DNA of 64,000 nt. Source: Eledone cirrhosa. Its lineage: Eukaryota. The stretch is from NCBI GenBank assembly GCA_964016885.1, contig OZ024740.1:25296001-25360000 (forward strand). The letters run 5' to 3'. Positions 37,546 through 53,200 of this stretch are shown piece by piece (position 1 is the stretch's first letter; the number at the start of each line of letters is the position of its first letter). The notes under the pieces were generated by a model. The model had not been told where the DNA came from. It ran no database searches and saw nothing but the letters and a program-made list of their open reading frames with translations. A program made the translations under genes and the position numbers.

Positions 37546-38299
37546 TTAGAACTCAGAAATCTAAGAATCTCGCACGGGAATGAGGTCATAGCTGCGGAAT
37601 GATCGGAATGTGCAGTTTCCACCTCCACCCCCACCAGACACACGCACACAGACACACGCACAGAGACACACACACACGCACACACAGACACACGCAGACA
37701 CAGAGACACACATAAACACACAACCAGCCACCGATCACCCCATACCACAAAGTACAGCCTCTCCATCTCTACCAGGGCCTCTACCACCACCACCACCACC
37801 ACCACCACCAGCACCTGTACAAGCACCAACATCGTCTCCAGCACCATTCCACCACAACCACCGCCAACAATACCAACTCCACCAACAACAACACCGTCAA
37901 AACGTAAACGTCGATGTCTGCACCACGAGCAGGATAAGAGACACGTCCCCAACACCAGCAGCTCTACTACCACCACAACCACCAGCGCCACCACAAACCT
38001 TACTGCCACAAACAATACCAACATTATCACCACCACCACCACCACCACCACTACCACCAACACCAACGCACATTGCCAACTGTCACAACCGTAGCTACCA
38101 ATACTACTAGCAACTAGCATGCACTCTACTATCACAACAGTAAGCAGCACCACCAATACTACAACCAATACCATCACCACATCTATTGTGTGTGTATCTA
38201 CCACACCGCAACCATAACCATCGTCAAAAATGGACCACAGGTACCACTACAAATACAAGATGCATCACTATCAATAATAAACATATAACTTTCACTATT

Positions 38300-40643
38300 A
38301 CAACCGCTACCACCACTACCACTACGAACACTACTACAGCCACCACTACAAGCACCATCAGTGCCACCACCACCACCACAGTCACCACTACCAACACTAC
38401 TACAGCCACCACTACAAGCACCACCACCACCACCAGCACCACTACAGTCACCACTACCATCACTACTACAGCCACCACTACAAGCACCACCACCACCACC
38501 AGCACCACTACAGTCACCACTACCATCACTACTACAGCCACCACTACAAGCACCATCAGTGCCACCACCACCACCACCACCACAATCACCACTACCATCA
38601 CTACTACAGCCACCACTACAATCACCATCAGTGCCACCACCAGCCCCACCACCACCACAGTCACCACTACCATCACTACTACAGCCACCACTACAATCAC
38701 CACCACCACCACAGTCACCACTACCATCACTACTACAGCCACCTCTACAATCACCATCAGTGCCACCACCACCACCACCACCACCACAATCACCACTACC
38801 ATCACTACTACAGCCACCACTACAATCACCACCACCACCACCACCACCACAGTCACCACTACCATCACTACTACAGCCACCACTACAATCACCATCAGTG
38901 CCACCACCACCACCACCACAGTCACCACTACCATCACTACTACAGCCACCACTACAAGCACCACCACCACCACCACCACCACCACAATCACCACTACCAT
39001 CACTACTACAGCCACCACTACAATCACCATCAGTGCCACCACCACCACCACCACCACCACAGTCGCCACTACCATCACTACTACAGCCACCACTACAAGC
39101 ACCACCACCACCACCACCACGACCACAGTCACCACTACCATCACTACTACAGCCACCACTACAAGCACCACCACCACCACCACCACCACCACAATCACCA
39201 CTACCATCACTACTACAGCCACCACTACAAGCACCATCAGTGCCACCACCACCAGCACCACCACCACAGTCGCCACTACCATCACTACTACAGCCACCAC
39301 TACAAGCACCACCACCACCACCACCACGACCACAGTCACCACTACCATCACTACTACAGCCACCACTACAAGCACCACCACCACCACCACCACCACCACA
39401 ATCACCACTACCATCACTACTACAGCCACCACTACAAGCACCACCACCACCACCACCACCACCACAATCACCACTACCATCACTACTACAGCCACCACTA
39501 CAAGCACCATCAGTGCCACCACCACCAGCACCACCACCACAGTCGCCACTACCATCACTACTACAGCCACCACTACAAGCACCACCACCACCACCACCAC
39601 CACCACAGTCACCACTACCATCACTACTACAGCCACCACTACAAGCACCACCACCACCACCACCACGACCACAGTCACCACTACCATCACTACTACAGCC
39701 ACCACTACAAGCACCACCACCACCACCACCACCACCACAATCACCACTACCATCACTACTACAGCCACCACTACAAGCACCATCAGTGCCACCACCACCA
39801 CCACCACCACCACCACCAGCACCACAGTCACCACTACCATCACTACTACAGCCACCACTACAAGCACCACCACCACCACCACCACCACCACAATCACCAC
39901 TACCATCACTACTACAGCCACCACTACAAGCACCATCAGTGCCACCACCACCAGCACCACCACCACAGTCACCACTACCATCACTACTCTAGCCACCACT
40001 ACAAGCACCATCAGTGCTACCACCACTACCACTACCAACACTACTACAGCCACCACCTCAAGCACCATCAGTGCCACCACCACCACCACAGTCACCACTA
40101 CCATCACTACTACAGCCACCACTACAAGCACCATCAGTGCCACCCCCACCCACACCACCACCACTACCATCACTACTACAGCCACCACTACAATCACCAT
40201 CAGTGCCACCACCACTACCACAGTCACCACTACCATCACTACTACAGCCACCACTACAAGCACCATCAGTGCCACCACCACCACTACCACAGTCACCACT
40301 ACCATCACTACTACAGCCACCACCTCAAGCACCATCAGTGCCACCACCACCACCACCACCACCACAGTCACCACTACCATCACTACTACAGCCACCACTA
40401 CAAGCACCATCAGTGCCACCACCACGACCACCACCACAGTCACCACTACCATCACTACTACAGCCACCACCTCAAGCACCATCAGTGCCACCACCACCCC
40501 CACAGTCACCACTACCATCACTACTACAGCCACCACCTCAAGCACCATCAGTGCCACCACCACCAGCACCACCACCACAGTCACCACTACCATCACTACT
40601 ACAGCCACCACTACAGGCACCATCAGTGCCACCACCACCACCT
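38300..40643. repeat. Triplet-built minisatellite, ~45-70-bp units (acagtcaccactaccatcactactacagccaccactacaagcacc + (cca)n)
   Basis: Dozens of units differing by whole triplets, giving long open frames on both strands (Thr-, Pro- or Val-rich). Confidence 0.92.
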
Positions 40644-41240
40644 TGTAAACTATTCACATCCCAACCAATAACACCACACAGTGCCACCATTAACCACTGC
40701 ATACTTATACAAACAGTAAACTAAACACCACAACCATCATCATCACCACTATTAGACATCACCATCTCCATCATCAACACCACCACACCCACCATCACCG
40801 TATGTCCTACCAATACTACTACCTCTTACATCCATACCACTATACCACTACCACCAATACATTTATCCTACCATTACTGTGCTTTCAACTATCATTACTA
40901 CATCCCACATCATGAATAACACCACCAACTACATCTGTCATAGCGTCTCCACCATCTCCACCAACACCATCATTAACTCCATCTAAACCTCCATTTCAAC
41001 TACAGCAACTCTATCACCAACACCGCCCCCGCTATTACCCACCCCCCTCTCTAAAATCATCACCTCCCCAATTTACATCACCGCAACTGCTACTATTATA
41101 TTCATCATCAACACCGCCTCCAGCAACAACACAAATACCAGCACCCCTTCCACCATCACCACCACAACATCAACCAGGAAAACCAACTCAAACACAAATA
41201 CCATAGGAACCAGCACAACCAACAACGCCAAATTTAGAGC

Positions 41241-44200
41241 CTCCACCATCAACATTACCTCCAACACCAACACTACCTCCACCATCAACACTACCTCCAC
41301 CATCAACACTACCTCCACCATCAGCACTACCTCCACACCAACACTACCTCCACACCAAAACTACCTCCACCATCAACACTACCTCCACATTAACACTACC
41401 TCCACCATCAACACTACCCCCAACATCAACACTACCTCCACACCAACACTACGTCCACCATCAACACTACCTCCACACCAACACAACCTCCACCATCAAC
41501 ACCACTTCCAACATCAACACCACCTCCACCATCAACACCACCTCCACTATCAACACTACCTCCACCATCAACACTACCCCCAACATCAACACTACCTCCA
41601 CCATCAACACCACCTCCACCATCAACACTACCTCTACATCAACACTACATCCACATCAACATTACCACCATCAACACCACGTCCAACATCAACACCACCC
41701 CCACCATCAACACCATCCCCACCATCAACACCACCTCCACCAGCAACACAAACTCCACATAAACACCACCTCCAACCTCAACACGACCTCCAACATCAAC
41801 ACCACCTCCACCATCAACACCACCTCCAACATCAACACCACCTCCAACATCAACACTACCTCCAACATCAATACAACCTCTACCATCAGCAACACCTCCA
41901 CCATCAACACTACCTCCAACATTAATACAACATACGCCTTCAACACCACTTCCACCATCAACACCACCTCCAACATCAACACAACCTCCAACATCAACAC
42001 TACCTCCACATCAACTCTACCTCCACCATTAACACCACCGCCACCATCAACACTACATGCACCATTAACACCACCTCCAACATCAACACCACCTCTACCA
42101 TCAACACTACCTCCACATCACCACCAGCTCCACCACCAACACAACCTCCACCGTCAACACTACCTCAACCGTCAACACTACCTCCAACATCAACAACACC
42201 TCCACCATCAACACTACCTCCACACCAACACTACCTCCACCATCAACACCATCTCCCCCATCAACAATTCCTCCACATCAAGACTACATCCTACTTCAAC
42301 ACTACCTCCACCATCAAAACTACCTCCACCATCTACACTAGCTAAACCACCAACACTACCTCTAACATCAACACCACCTCCACCATCAACACCACCTCCA
42401 CTACCAACATGACCTCCACCATCAACACTACAACCAACATCAACACCACCTCCTCCACCACCATCAACACCACCTCCACTATCAACACCTCCTCCACCAT
42501 CAACACCACCTCCAACATCAACACCACCTCCACCATCAACACTACTTCCACATCAAAGACCACCTCCACCACCAGCACCACCTCCACCATCAACACCACC
42601 TCTACGACCAACACGACCTCCACCATCAACACCACCACCAACATCAACACCACCTCCACTATCAACACTAACTCCAAATCAACACTACCTCCACCACAAA
42701 CACTACCTCCACCGTCAATACTACCTCCAACATCAACACTACCTCCACATCGACACTACCTCCACATCAACACAACCTCCACCATCAACATTACCTCCTA
42801 CTTCAACACCACCTCCAACATCAATACTACCTCTAACATCAAAACCACCTCCACATCAACTCTACCTCCACTATCAACACCACGTCCAACATCAACACCA
42901 CCTCCAAGATCAACACTACCTACACCATCAACACCATATCCAACATAAACACCATCTCCACCATCAACACCACGTCCAACATCAACACAACCTCTAACAT
43001 GAACACAACCTCCACCATCAACACTACCTACACCACCAACACTACCTCCACCACCAACACTACCTCCACCACCATCACTACCTCCAACATCAGCACCACC
43101 TCCAGCATCAGCACTACCTCCACCATCAGTAATACCTCCACCATCAACACAGCCTCCACCATCAACACTACCTCCACCATCAACACTAGCTCCACCTTCA
43201 AAACTACCTCCTACTTCAACACCACCTCCACCATCAATCCCACCTTCAATATCAATACTATCTCCACCTTTTAACACCACCTCCAACATCAACACCATTT
43301 CCATCATCAACGATACCTCCACATCAACACCACCTCCACAATCAACGCTACCTCTACATCAACTCTACATCCACATCAACATTACCACCACCAACACTAC
43401 CTCAACCATCAACACCACCTCCAAAATCAACACCACCTCCACCATCAACACTACCTCCAACATCAATACAATCTCTACCATCAACACCACCTCCACCATC
43501 AACACTACCTCCACCATCAACACCACCTACACCATCAACACTACCTCCACATCAACACTACCTCCACATCAACACTACCTCCACATCAACACCACCTCCA
43601 ACATCAACACCACCTCGTCCATCAACACTACCTCCACCATCAACACTACCTCCAACATCAACACTACCTCCAACATCAATACAACCTCTACCATCAACAC
43701 TACCTCCACATCAACATTACCACCATCAACACCACGTCCAACATCAACACCACCTCGACCATCATCACTACCTCCAACATCAACACCACATCCACGATCA
43801 ACACTACCTCTACCATCAACACTACCTCCACATCAACATTACCACCATCAACACCACGTCCAACATCAACACCACCCCCACCATCAACACCACCTCCACT
43901 AACAACACTACCTCCACCATCAACACTATCTCCAACATAAATACAACCTCTACCATCAACACCACCTCCACCATCAGCACTACAGCCACATCAAAACCAC
44001 CTCCACCACCAACACCACCTCCACCATCAACACCACCTCCACTACCAACATGACCTCCAACATCAACACCACCACCAACATCAACACCACCTCCACCACT
44101 ACCAACACCTCCAAAATCAACACCGACTCCATCTTCAACACCACCTCCACCACCAACACCACCTCCACCATCAACACCACCTCCAACATCAACACCACCT

Positions 44201-47200
44201 CCACCACCAACAACACCTCCACAATCAACAACACCGCCAGCATCAACACCACCTCCAATATCAACACCACCTCCATCATCAACACTACCTCCACATCAAC
44301 ACCACCTCCACCATCAACACTACCTCTACATCAACACTACATTCACATAAACATTACCACCATCAACACACGTCCAACATCAACACCACCCCACCATCAA
44401 CACCACCTCCACTATTAACACTACATCTACCATCAACGCCACCTCCAACATCAACTCCACCTCCACCATCAACACTCGCTCCAACATCAATACAACCTCT
44501 ACCATCAGCACCACCTCCACCATCAACACTACTTCCACATCAACACTACCTCCACATCAACACCACCGCCACCATCAAGACTACCTGCACCATCAACACC
44601 ACGTCCAACATCAACACCACCTCTAACACCAACACAACCTCCACCATCATCACTACCTCCACCACCAACACTACCTCCACCACCAACGATAGCTGCACCA
44701 CCAACACTACCTCCACCACCAACACTAACTCCAACATCAACACCACCTCCATCATCAACACTACCTCCACCATCAACACTACCTCCACCATCAACACAAC
44801 CTCCACCATCAACACTACCTCGACCATCAAAATTAGCTCCACCGTCAACACTACCTCCACCATCAACACTACCTCCACACCAACACTACCTCCACACCAA
44901 CACTACCTCCACATCCACACTACCTCCACCATCAACACCACCTACACCTTCAAAACTACCTCCACATCAACACTACCTCCTACTTCAACACCACATCCAC
45001 CATCAACCCCACCGCAAATATCAATACTAACTCCACCTTTTAACACCACCTCCAACATCAACACAACCTCGACCATCAACACCGCCTCCACCTTCAACAG
45101 CACCTCCACCACCAACAGCACATCCACAATCAACACCACCTCCAACATCAACACCACCTCCACCACCAACAACACCTCCACAATCAACAACACCGCCAAC
45201 ATCAACACCACGTCCAACATCAACATCACCCCCACCAACAACACCACCTCCACTATCAACACTACATCCACCATCAACACCAACTCCAACATCAACACCA
45301 CCTCCACCATTAATACTACCTCCAACATCAATACAAACTCTACCATCAGCACCACCTCCACCATCAACACTATTTCCACATCAAAACCACCTCCACCACC
45401 AACACCACCTCCAATATCAACACCACCTCCACTACCAACATGACCTCCACCATCAACACCACCTCCACCATCAACACTAACTCCAAATGAACACTACATG
45501 CACAATCAACACCACCTCCAACATCAATACTACGTCCAACATCAACACCAACTCCACATCAACACCACCGCCACCATCAACACTGCCTCCACCATCAACA
45601 CAATATCCAACATTAACACCACCTCAACCATCAACACCACGTCCAACATCAATACCACCTCCAACATCAACACTTCCTCCACCACCAACACTACCTCCAC
45701 CACCAACACTACCTCCTACACCAACACTACCTCCACCACCAACACTACCTCCAACATCAACACCACATCCATCATCAGCACTACCTCGACCAGCAAGACT
45801 ACCTCCACCATCAATACAACCTCCACCATCAAAATTAGCTCCACCGTCAACACTACCTCCACCATCAACACTACCTCTACACCAACACTACCTCCACATC
45901 AACACTACCTCTACCTTCAACACTACCTCCACCTTCAAAACTACCTCCACAGCAACACTAACTCCTATTTCAACACCACCTCCACCACAACCCCCACCTC
46001 CAACATCAGTACTAACTCTACCTTTTAACACCACCTCCACCTTCAACACCACCTCCACCACCAACACCACCTCCACCATCAACACCACCTCCAACATCAT
46101 CACCACGTCCACCACCAACAACACCTCCACAATCAACATCTCCGCCAACATCAACACTACCTCCAACATCAACACCATTTGCATCATCAACACTACCTCC
46201 ACATCAACACCACCTCCACCATCAACACTACCCCCACCATCAAAATTAGCTCCACCGTCAACACTACCTTCACCATCAACACTTCCTCCACACAAACACT
46301 ACCTCCACATCAACACTACCTCCACCATCAACACCACCACCACCTTCAAAACTACCTCCACATCAACACTACCTCTACATCAACACTACATCACATCAAT
46401 ATTACCACCATCAACACCACCTCCAACATCAACACCACCTCGACCATCATCACTACCTCCAACATCAACACCACATCCACGATCAACACTACCTCTACGA
46501 TAAACACTACTTCCACATCAACATAACCACCATCAACACCACGTCCAAGATCAACACCACCCCCACCATCAACACCATCTCCACTATCAACAGTACCTCC
46601 ACCATCAACACTACCTCCAACATCAATACAACCTCTACCATCAACACTACCTCCACATCAACACTACCTCCAACATCAACACCACCTCCAACATCAACAC
46701 TACTTCCACATCAAAACCACCTCCACCATCAACACTACTTCCACATCAAAACCACCTGCACCACCAACACCACCGCCATCATCAACACCACCTCCACTAC
46801 CAACATGACCTCCACTATCAACATCTCCAGCAACATGAACACCATATCCACCACCAACACCTCCAAAATCAACATCACCTCCACCATCAACACTACCTCC
46901 ACCATCAACACTACCTCCACCATCAACACTACCTCCACATCAACACTACCTCCACCATCAAAACCACCTCCACCATCAACACTACATCCACCATCAACAC
47001 CACCTCCACCATCAACACTACCTCCACCATCAACACCACCTCCACCATCAACACTACCTCCACCATCAACACCACCTTCACATCAACACTACCTCCACCA
47101 TCAACCTTACCTCCACCATCAACATTAGCTCCACCATCAACACCACCTCCACAATCAAAACTACCTCCACCATCAACACTACCTCCACCATCAACACCAC

Positions 47201-50200
47201 CTTCATTATCAATACTACCTCCACCAACAACGCCACCTCCACCACGACCAACACCTCCAAAATCAACATCGCCTCCACCATCAACACTATCTCCACCATC
47301 AACACCACCTCCACCATCAACACTTCCTCCACTGTCAACATAACTCCACCATCAACACCACCTCCACCATCAACACTACCTCCACAGTCAACACCACCTA
47401 CACCATCAACACTACCTCCACCGTCAACACTACCTCCAACATCAACACCACCTCCAACATCAACACCACCTCCATCATCAACTCTACGTCCACATCAACA
47501 CCACCCACATCATTAACCACATCTCCACTATCAACACTACCTCCACCATCAACATCACCTCCATCATTAACACTACCTCCACCATCAACACTACCTCCAC
47601 CATCAACAGTACCTCCACCATCAACATTAGCTACACCATCAACACCACCTCCACCATAAACACTACCTCCACCATCAACACCACCACCACCAACATCTCC
47701 AAAATCAACATCGCCTCCACCATCAACACTACCTCCACATCAAAACTACCTCCACCATCAACACCACCTCCACCATCAAAACTTCCTCCACAGTCAACAC
47801 TACCTCCACCATCAACACCACCTCCAACATCAACACCACCTCCATCATCAACTCTACCTCCACATCAACACCACCCCCACCATTAACCACATCTCCACTA
47901 TCAACACTACATCCACCATCAACATCACCTCCAACATTAACACGACCTCCACCATCAACACTACCTCCACCATCAACAGTACCTCCACCATCAACATTAG
48001 CTACACCATCAACACCACCTCCACCATCAACACTACCTCCACCATCAACACCACCTCCACCAACATCTCCAAATCAACATCGCCTCCACCATCAACACTA
48101 CCTCCACCATCAACACTACCTCCACATAAAAACTACCTCCACCATCAACACCACCTCCACCATCAACACTTCCTCCACCGTCAACACTTCCTCCACCATC
48201 AACACCACCCCCACCATCAACACTACCTCCACCATCAACACCACCTCCACCATCAACACTACCTCCACCGTCAACACTACCTCCAACATCAACACCACCT
48301 CGAACACCAACACCACCTCCATCATCAACACTAACTCCACATCAACACCACCCCCACTATCAACCACATCTCCACTATCAACACTACCTCCACCATCAAC
48401 ACTAGCTCCAACATCAATACAACCTCTACCATCAACACTACCTCCACATCAACACTACCTCCACATCAACACTACCTCCACATCAACACTACCTCCAACA
48501 TCAACACCACCTCCATCATCAACACTACTTCCACATCAAAACCAACTGCACCACCAACACCACCTCCACCATCAACACTACCTCCACCGTCAACACTACC
48601 TCCAACATCAACACCACCTCGAACACCAACACCACCTCCATCATCAACACTAACTCCACATCAACACCACCCCCACTATCAACCACATCTCCACTATCAA
48701 CACTACCTCCACCATCAACACTAGCTCCAACATCAATACAACCTCTACCATCAACACTACCTCCAAATCAACACTACCTCCACATCAACACTACCTCCAC
48801 ATCAACACTACCTCCAACATCAACACCACCTCCATCATCAACACTACTTCCACATCAAAACCAACTGCACCACCAACACCACCTTCACCATCAACACCAC
48901 CTCCACTTCCAACATGATCTCCACTATCAACACCTCCACCAACATGAACTCAACATCCACCACCACCAAAACATGCAAAATCAACATCACCTCCACCAAC
49001 AACACTAGCTCCACCATCAACACTAGCTCCACATCAACACTACCTCCACCATCAACACTACCTCCACATCAACACTACCTCCACCATCAAAACAACATCC
49101 ACCATCAACACTACCTCCACCATCAACACCACCTCCACCACCAACACTACCTCCACCATCAACACCACCTTCACATCAACACTACATCCAACATCAACAG
49201 TACCTCCACCATCAACATTAGCTCCACCATCAACACCACCTCCACCATCAAAACAACCTCCACCATCAACACTACCTCCACCATCAACACCAGCTCCACC
49301 ATCAACACTACTTCCACATCAAAACCACCTGCACCATCAACACCACATCCAACATCAACACCACCTCCATCATCAACACCACCTCCATCATCAACACTAC
49401 CTCCACATCGACGCGACCTCCACCATCAACAACACATCCACTATCAACACTACCTCCACCATCAACACCACCTCCAACATCAACACCACCTCCACCATCA
49501 ATACAATATCTACCATCAGCACCGCCTCCACCATCAACACTACCTCCACATCAACATTACCTCCACATGAACACCACCTCCACCATCAACACTACGTCCA
49601 TATCAAAACCACCTGCACCACCAAAACCACCTCCACCATCAACACCACCTCCACTACCAACAAGACCTCCACTATCAACACCTCCATCAACATGAACACC
49701 ACCTCCACCACCACCAACACCTCCAAAATCAACATCATCTCCACCATCAACATTACCTCCACATGAACACCACCTCCACCATCAACACTACCTCCACCAT
49801 TAACACCACCTTCACCATCAACACTACATCCACCATCAACACCACCTCCAACATAAACACTATCTCCACCATCAAAACCACCTCCACCATCAACACTAGC
49901 TCCACCATCAACACCACCTCCACCACCACCAACACCTCCAAAATCAACATCACCTCCACCATCAACACTACCTCCAACATGAACACCACCTTTACTATCA
50001 ACACTACCTCCACCATCACCACGACCTCCAACATCAACTCTACCTCCACCATCAACACTACCTCCAACATCAACACCACCTTCACCATCAACACTACCTC
50101 CACCGTCAACACTAACTCCAACATCAACTCCACTTCCACCATCAACACTACCTCCACCATCTACACCACCTCCATCATCAACAACCACCTCTACCATCAA

Positions 50201-53200
50201 CACTACCTCCACCATCATCACCACCTCCACCATAAACAATACATCCCCCACCAACGCCACCTCCACCATCAATACTACCTCCACCATCAACACTACCTCC
50301 ACTATTACCACCACCTCCACCATCAACACCACCCCACCATCAAGATCACCTCCACCACAAACAACACCTCCACAATCAACACTACATCCAACATCAACAT
50401 CATCTCCACAATCAACACCATGTCCAACATCAACACCACCTCCACTATAAACAATACCTCCACATCAACACTACCTCCACATCAACACTACCTCCAGCAA
50501 GAACACCATCTCCAACATCAACACTACCTCCAACATTAACACCACCTTCCCCATAAACACTACCTACACATCAACACTACCTCCACATCAAAACCACCTC
50601 CACCACCAACACCACCTCCACCATCAACACCACCTCCACTACCAGCAACACGTCAAAAATCAACACCTCCTCCACAATCAACACTATCTCCAGCATCAAC
50701 ACCACCTTCACCATCAAAACTACCTCCACCGTCAATACTACCTCTAACATCAACACCACCTCCACATCAACACTACCTCCACATCAACACTAACTCCACA
50801 TCATCATCACCTGCATCCTCAACACCACCTCCAACATCCACACCACCTCCACCTTCAAAACTACCTCCACAGCAACACTACCTACTATTTCAACACCACC
50901 TCCACCACAACCCCCACCTCCAACATCAATACTAACTCCACCTTTTAACACCACCTCCAACATCAACACCACGACCACCATCAACACCGACTCCATCTTC
51001 AACACCACCTCCACCACCAGCACCACATCCACCATCAACACCAGCTCCAACATCAACACCACCTCCACCACCAACAAGAACTCCACAATCAAAAACTACG
51101 CCAACATCAACACTACCTCCAACATCAACACCATTTCCATCATCAAAACTACCTCCACATCAACACCACCTCCACCATCAACACTACCTCTACATCAACA
51201 CTACATCACGTCAACATTACCACCATCAACACCACCTGCAACATCAACACCACCTCGACCATCAACACTACCTCCAACATCAATACAACCTCTACCATCA
51301 GCAACACCTCACCATCAACACTACCTCCACATCAACACTACCTCCACATCAACACTACCTCCACATCAACACCACCTCCAACATCAACACCACCTCCACC
51401 ATCAAACGCACCTCGTCCATCAACACCATCTCCACTATCAACACTACCTCCACAATCAACACTACCTCCAACATCAATACAACCTCTACCATCAAAACTA
51501 CCTCCATATCAACATTACCACCATCAACACCGCGTCCAACATAAACATCACCCCCACCATCAACACCACCTCTACTATCAACACTACCTCCACCATCAAC
51601 ACTACCTCCAACATCAATACAAACTCTACCATAAACACTACCTCCACATCAACACTACCTCCACATCAAAACCACCTCCACCACCAACACCACCTCCACC
51701 ATCAACACCACCTCCACTACCAACAACCTCCACCGTCAACAACACCACCAACATCAACACCACCTCCACCACCTCCAACACCTCCAAAATCAAGACCACC
51801 TCCACAATCAACACTACCTCAACATCAACATTACCTCCACATGAACACCACCTCCACCATTAACACTACTTCCACATCAAAACTACCTGCACCACCAACA
51901 CCACCTCCACTATCAACACCTCCACCAACATGAACACCACCTCCACCACCACCAACACCTCCAAAATCAACATAATCTCCACCATCAACACTACCTCCAC
52001 CATCAACACTACCTCCACATCAACACCACCTCCACCATCAACACCACCTCCACCATCAACACTACCTCCACCATCAAAACCACCTCCATCATCAACACAA
52101 CCTCCACCATCAACACCACCTCCACCATCAACACTACCTCCATCATCAACACCACCTCCACCATCAACACTACCTCCACCATCAACCCCACCTCCACCAC
52201 CACCAACACCTCCAAAATCAACATCACCTCCATCATCAACACTACCTCCACCATCAACACTACATCCACTATCAACACCACCTACACTATCAACACTTCA
52301 TCCTACTTCAACACCACCTCCACCATCAACAATACCTCCAACATGAATACCACCTCTACTATCAACACTACCTCCACCATCACCACGACCTCCAACATCA
52401 ACACTACCTCCACCATCAACACTACCTCCAACATCAAATCCACTTCCATCATCAACACTACATCCACCATCAACACTACCTCCACCGTCAATACCACCAT
52501 CAACATCAACTCCACCATCAACACTACCTCCACTATCACCACCACCTCCACCGTCAACATTTCCTCCACCATCAACACCACCCCCACCATCAACACAACC
52601 TCCACCACCAATAACAACTCCACAATCAACACCATGTCCAACATCAACACCACCTCCAACATCAACACCACCTCCACCATAAACACTACCTCCGCATCAA
52701 CACTACCTCCACATCAACACTACCTCCAGCATGAACAGCATCTCCAACATCAACACTACCTCCATATCAACACCATCTCCAACATCAACACTACTTCCAC
52801 ATCAAAACTACCTACAAATCAACACTACCTCCACATCAAAACCACCTAAACCACCAACACCACCTCCACCATCAACACCACCTCCACTACCAGCAAAACG
52901 TCCAAAATCAACACCTCCTCCACAATCAACACTATCTCCACCATCAACACTACCTCCACATCAACACTACCTCCAGCATCAACACCAGCTCCACCATCAA
53001 CACTACCTCCACATCAACACTACCTCCACATCAACATCACCTGCATCCTCAACAGCACCTCCAACATCCACACCACCTCCACCCCCATCAACACGTCCAA
53101 AACCAGCACCTCCTCCACCATCAAAACTACCTCCACATCAACACTACCTCAACCATCAACACCACCTCCACCATCAACATTACCTCCACCATCAACACCA

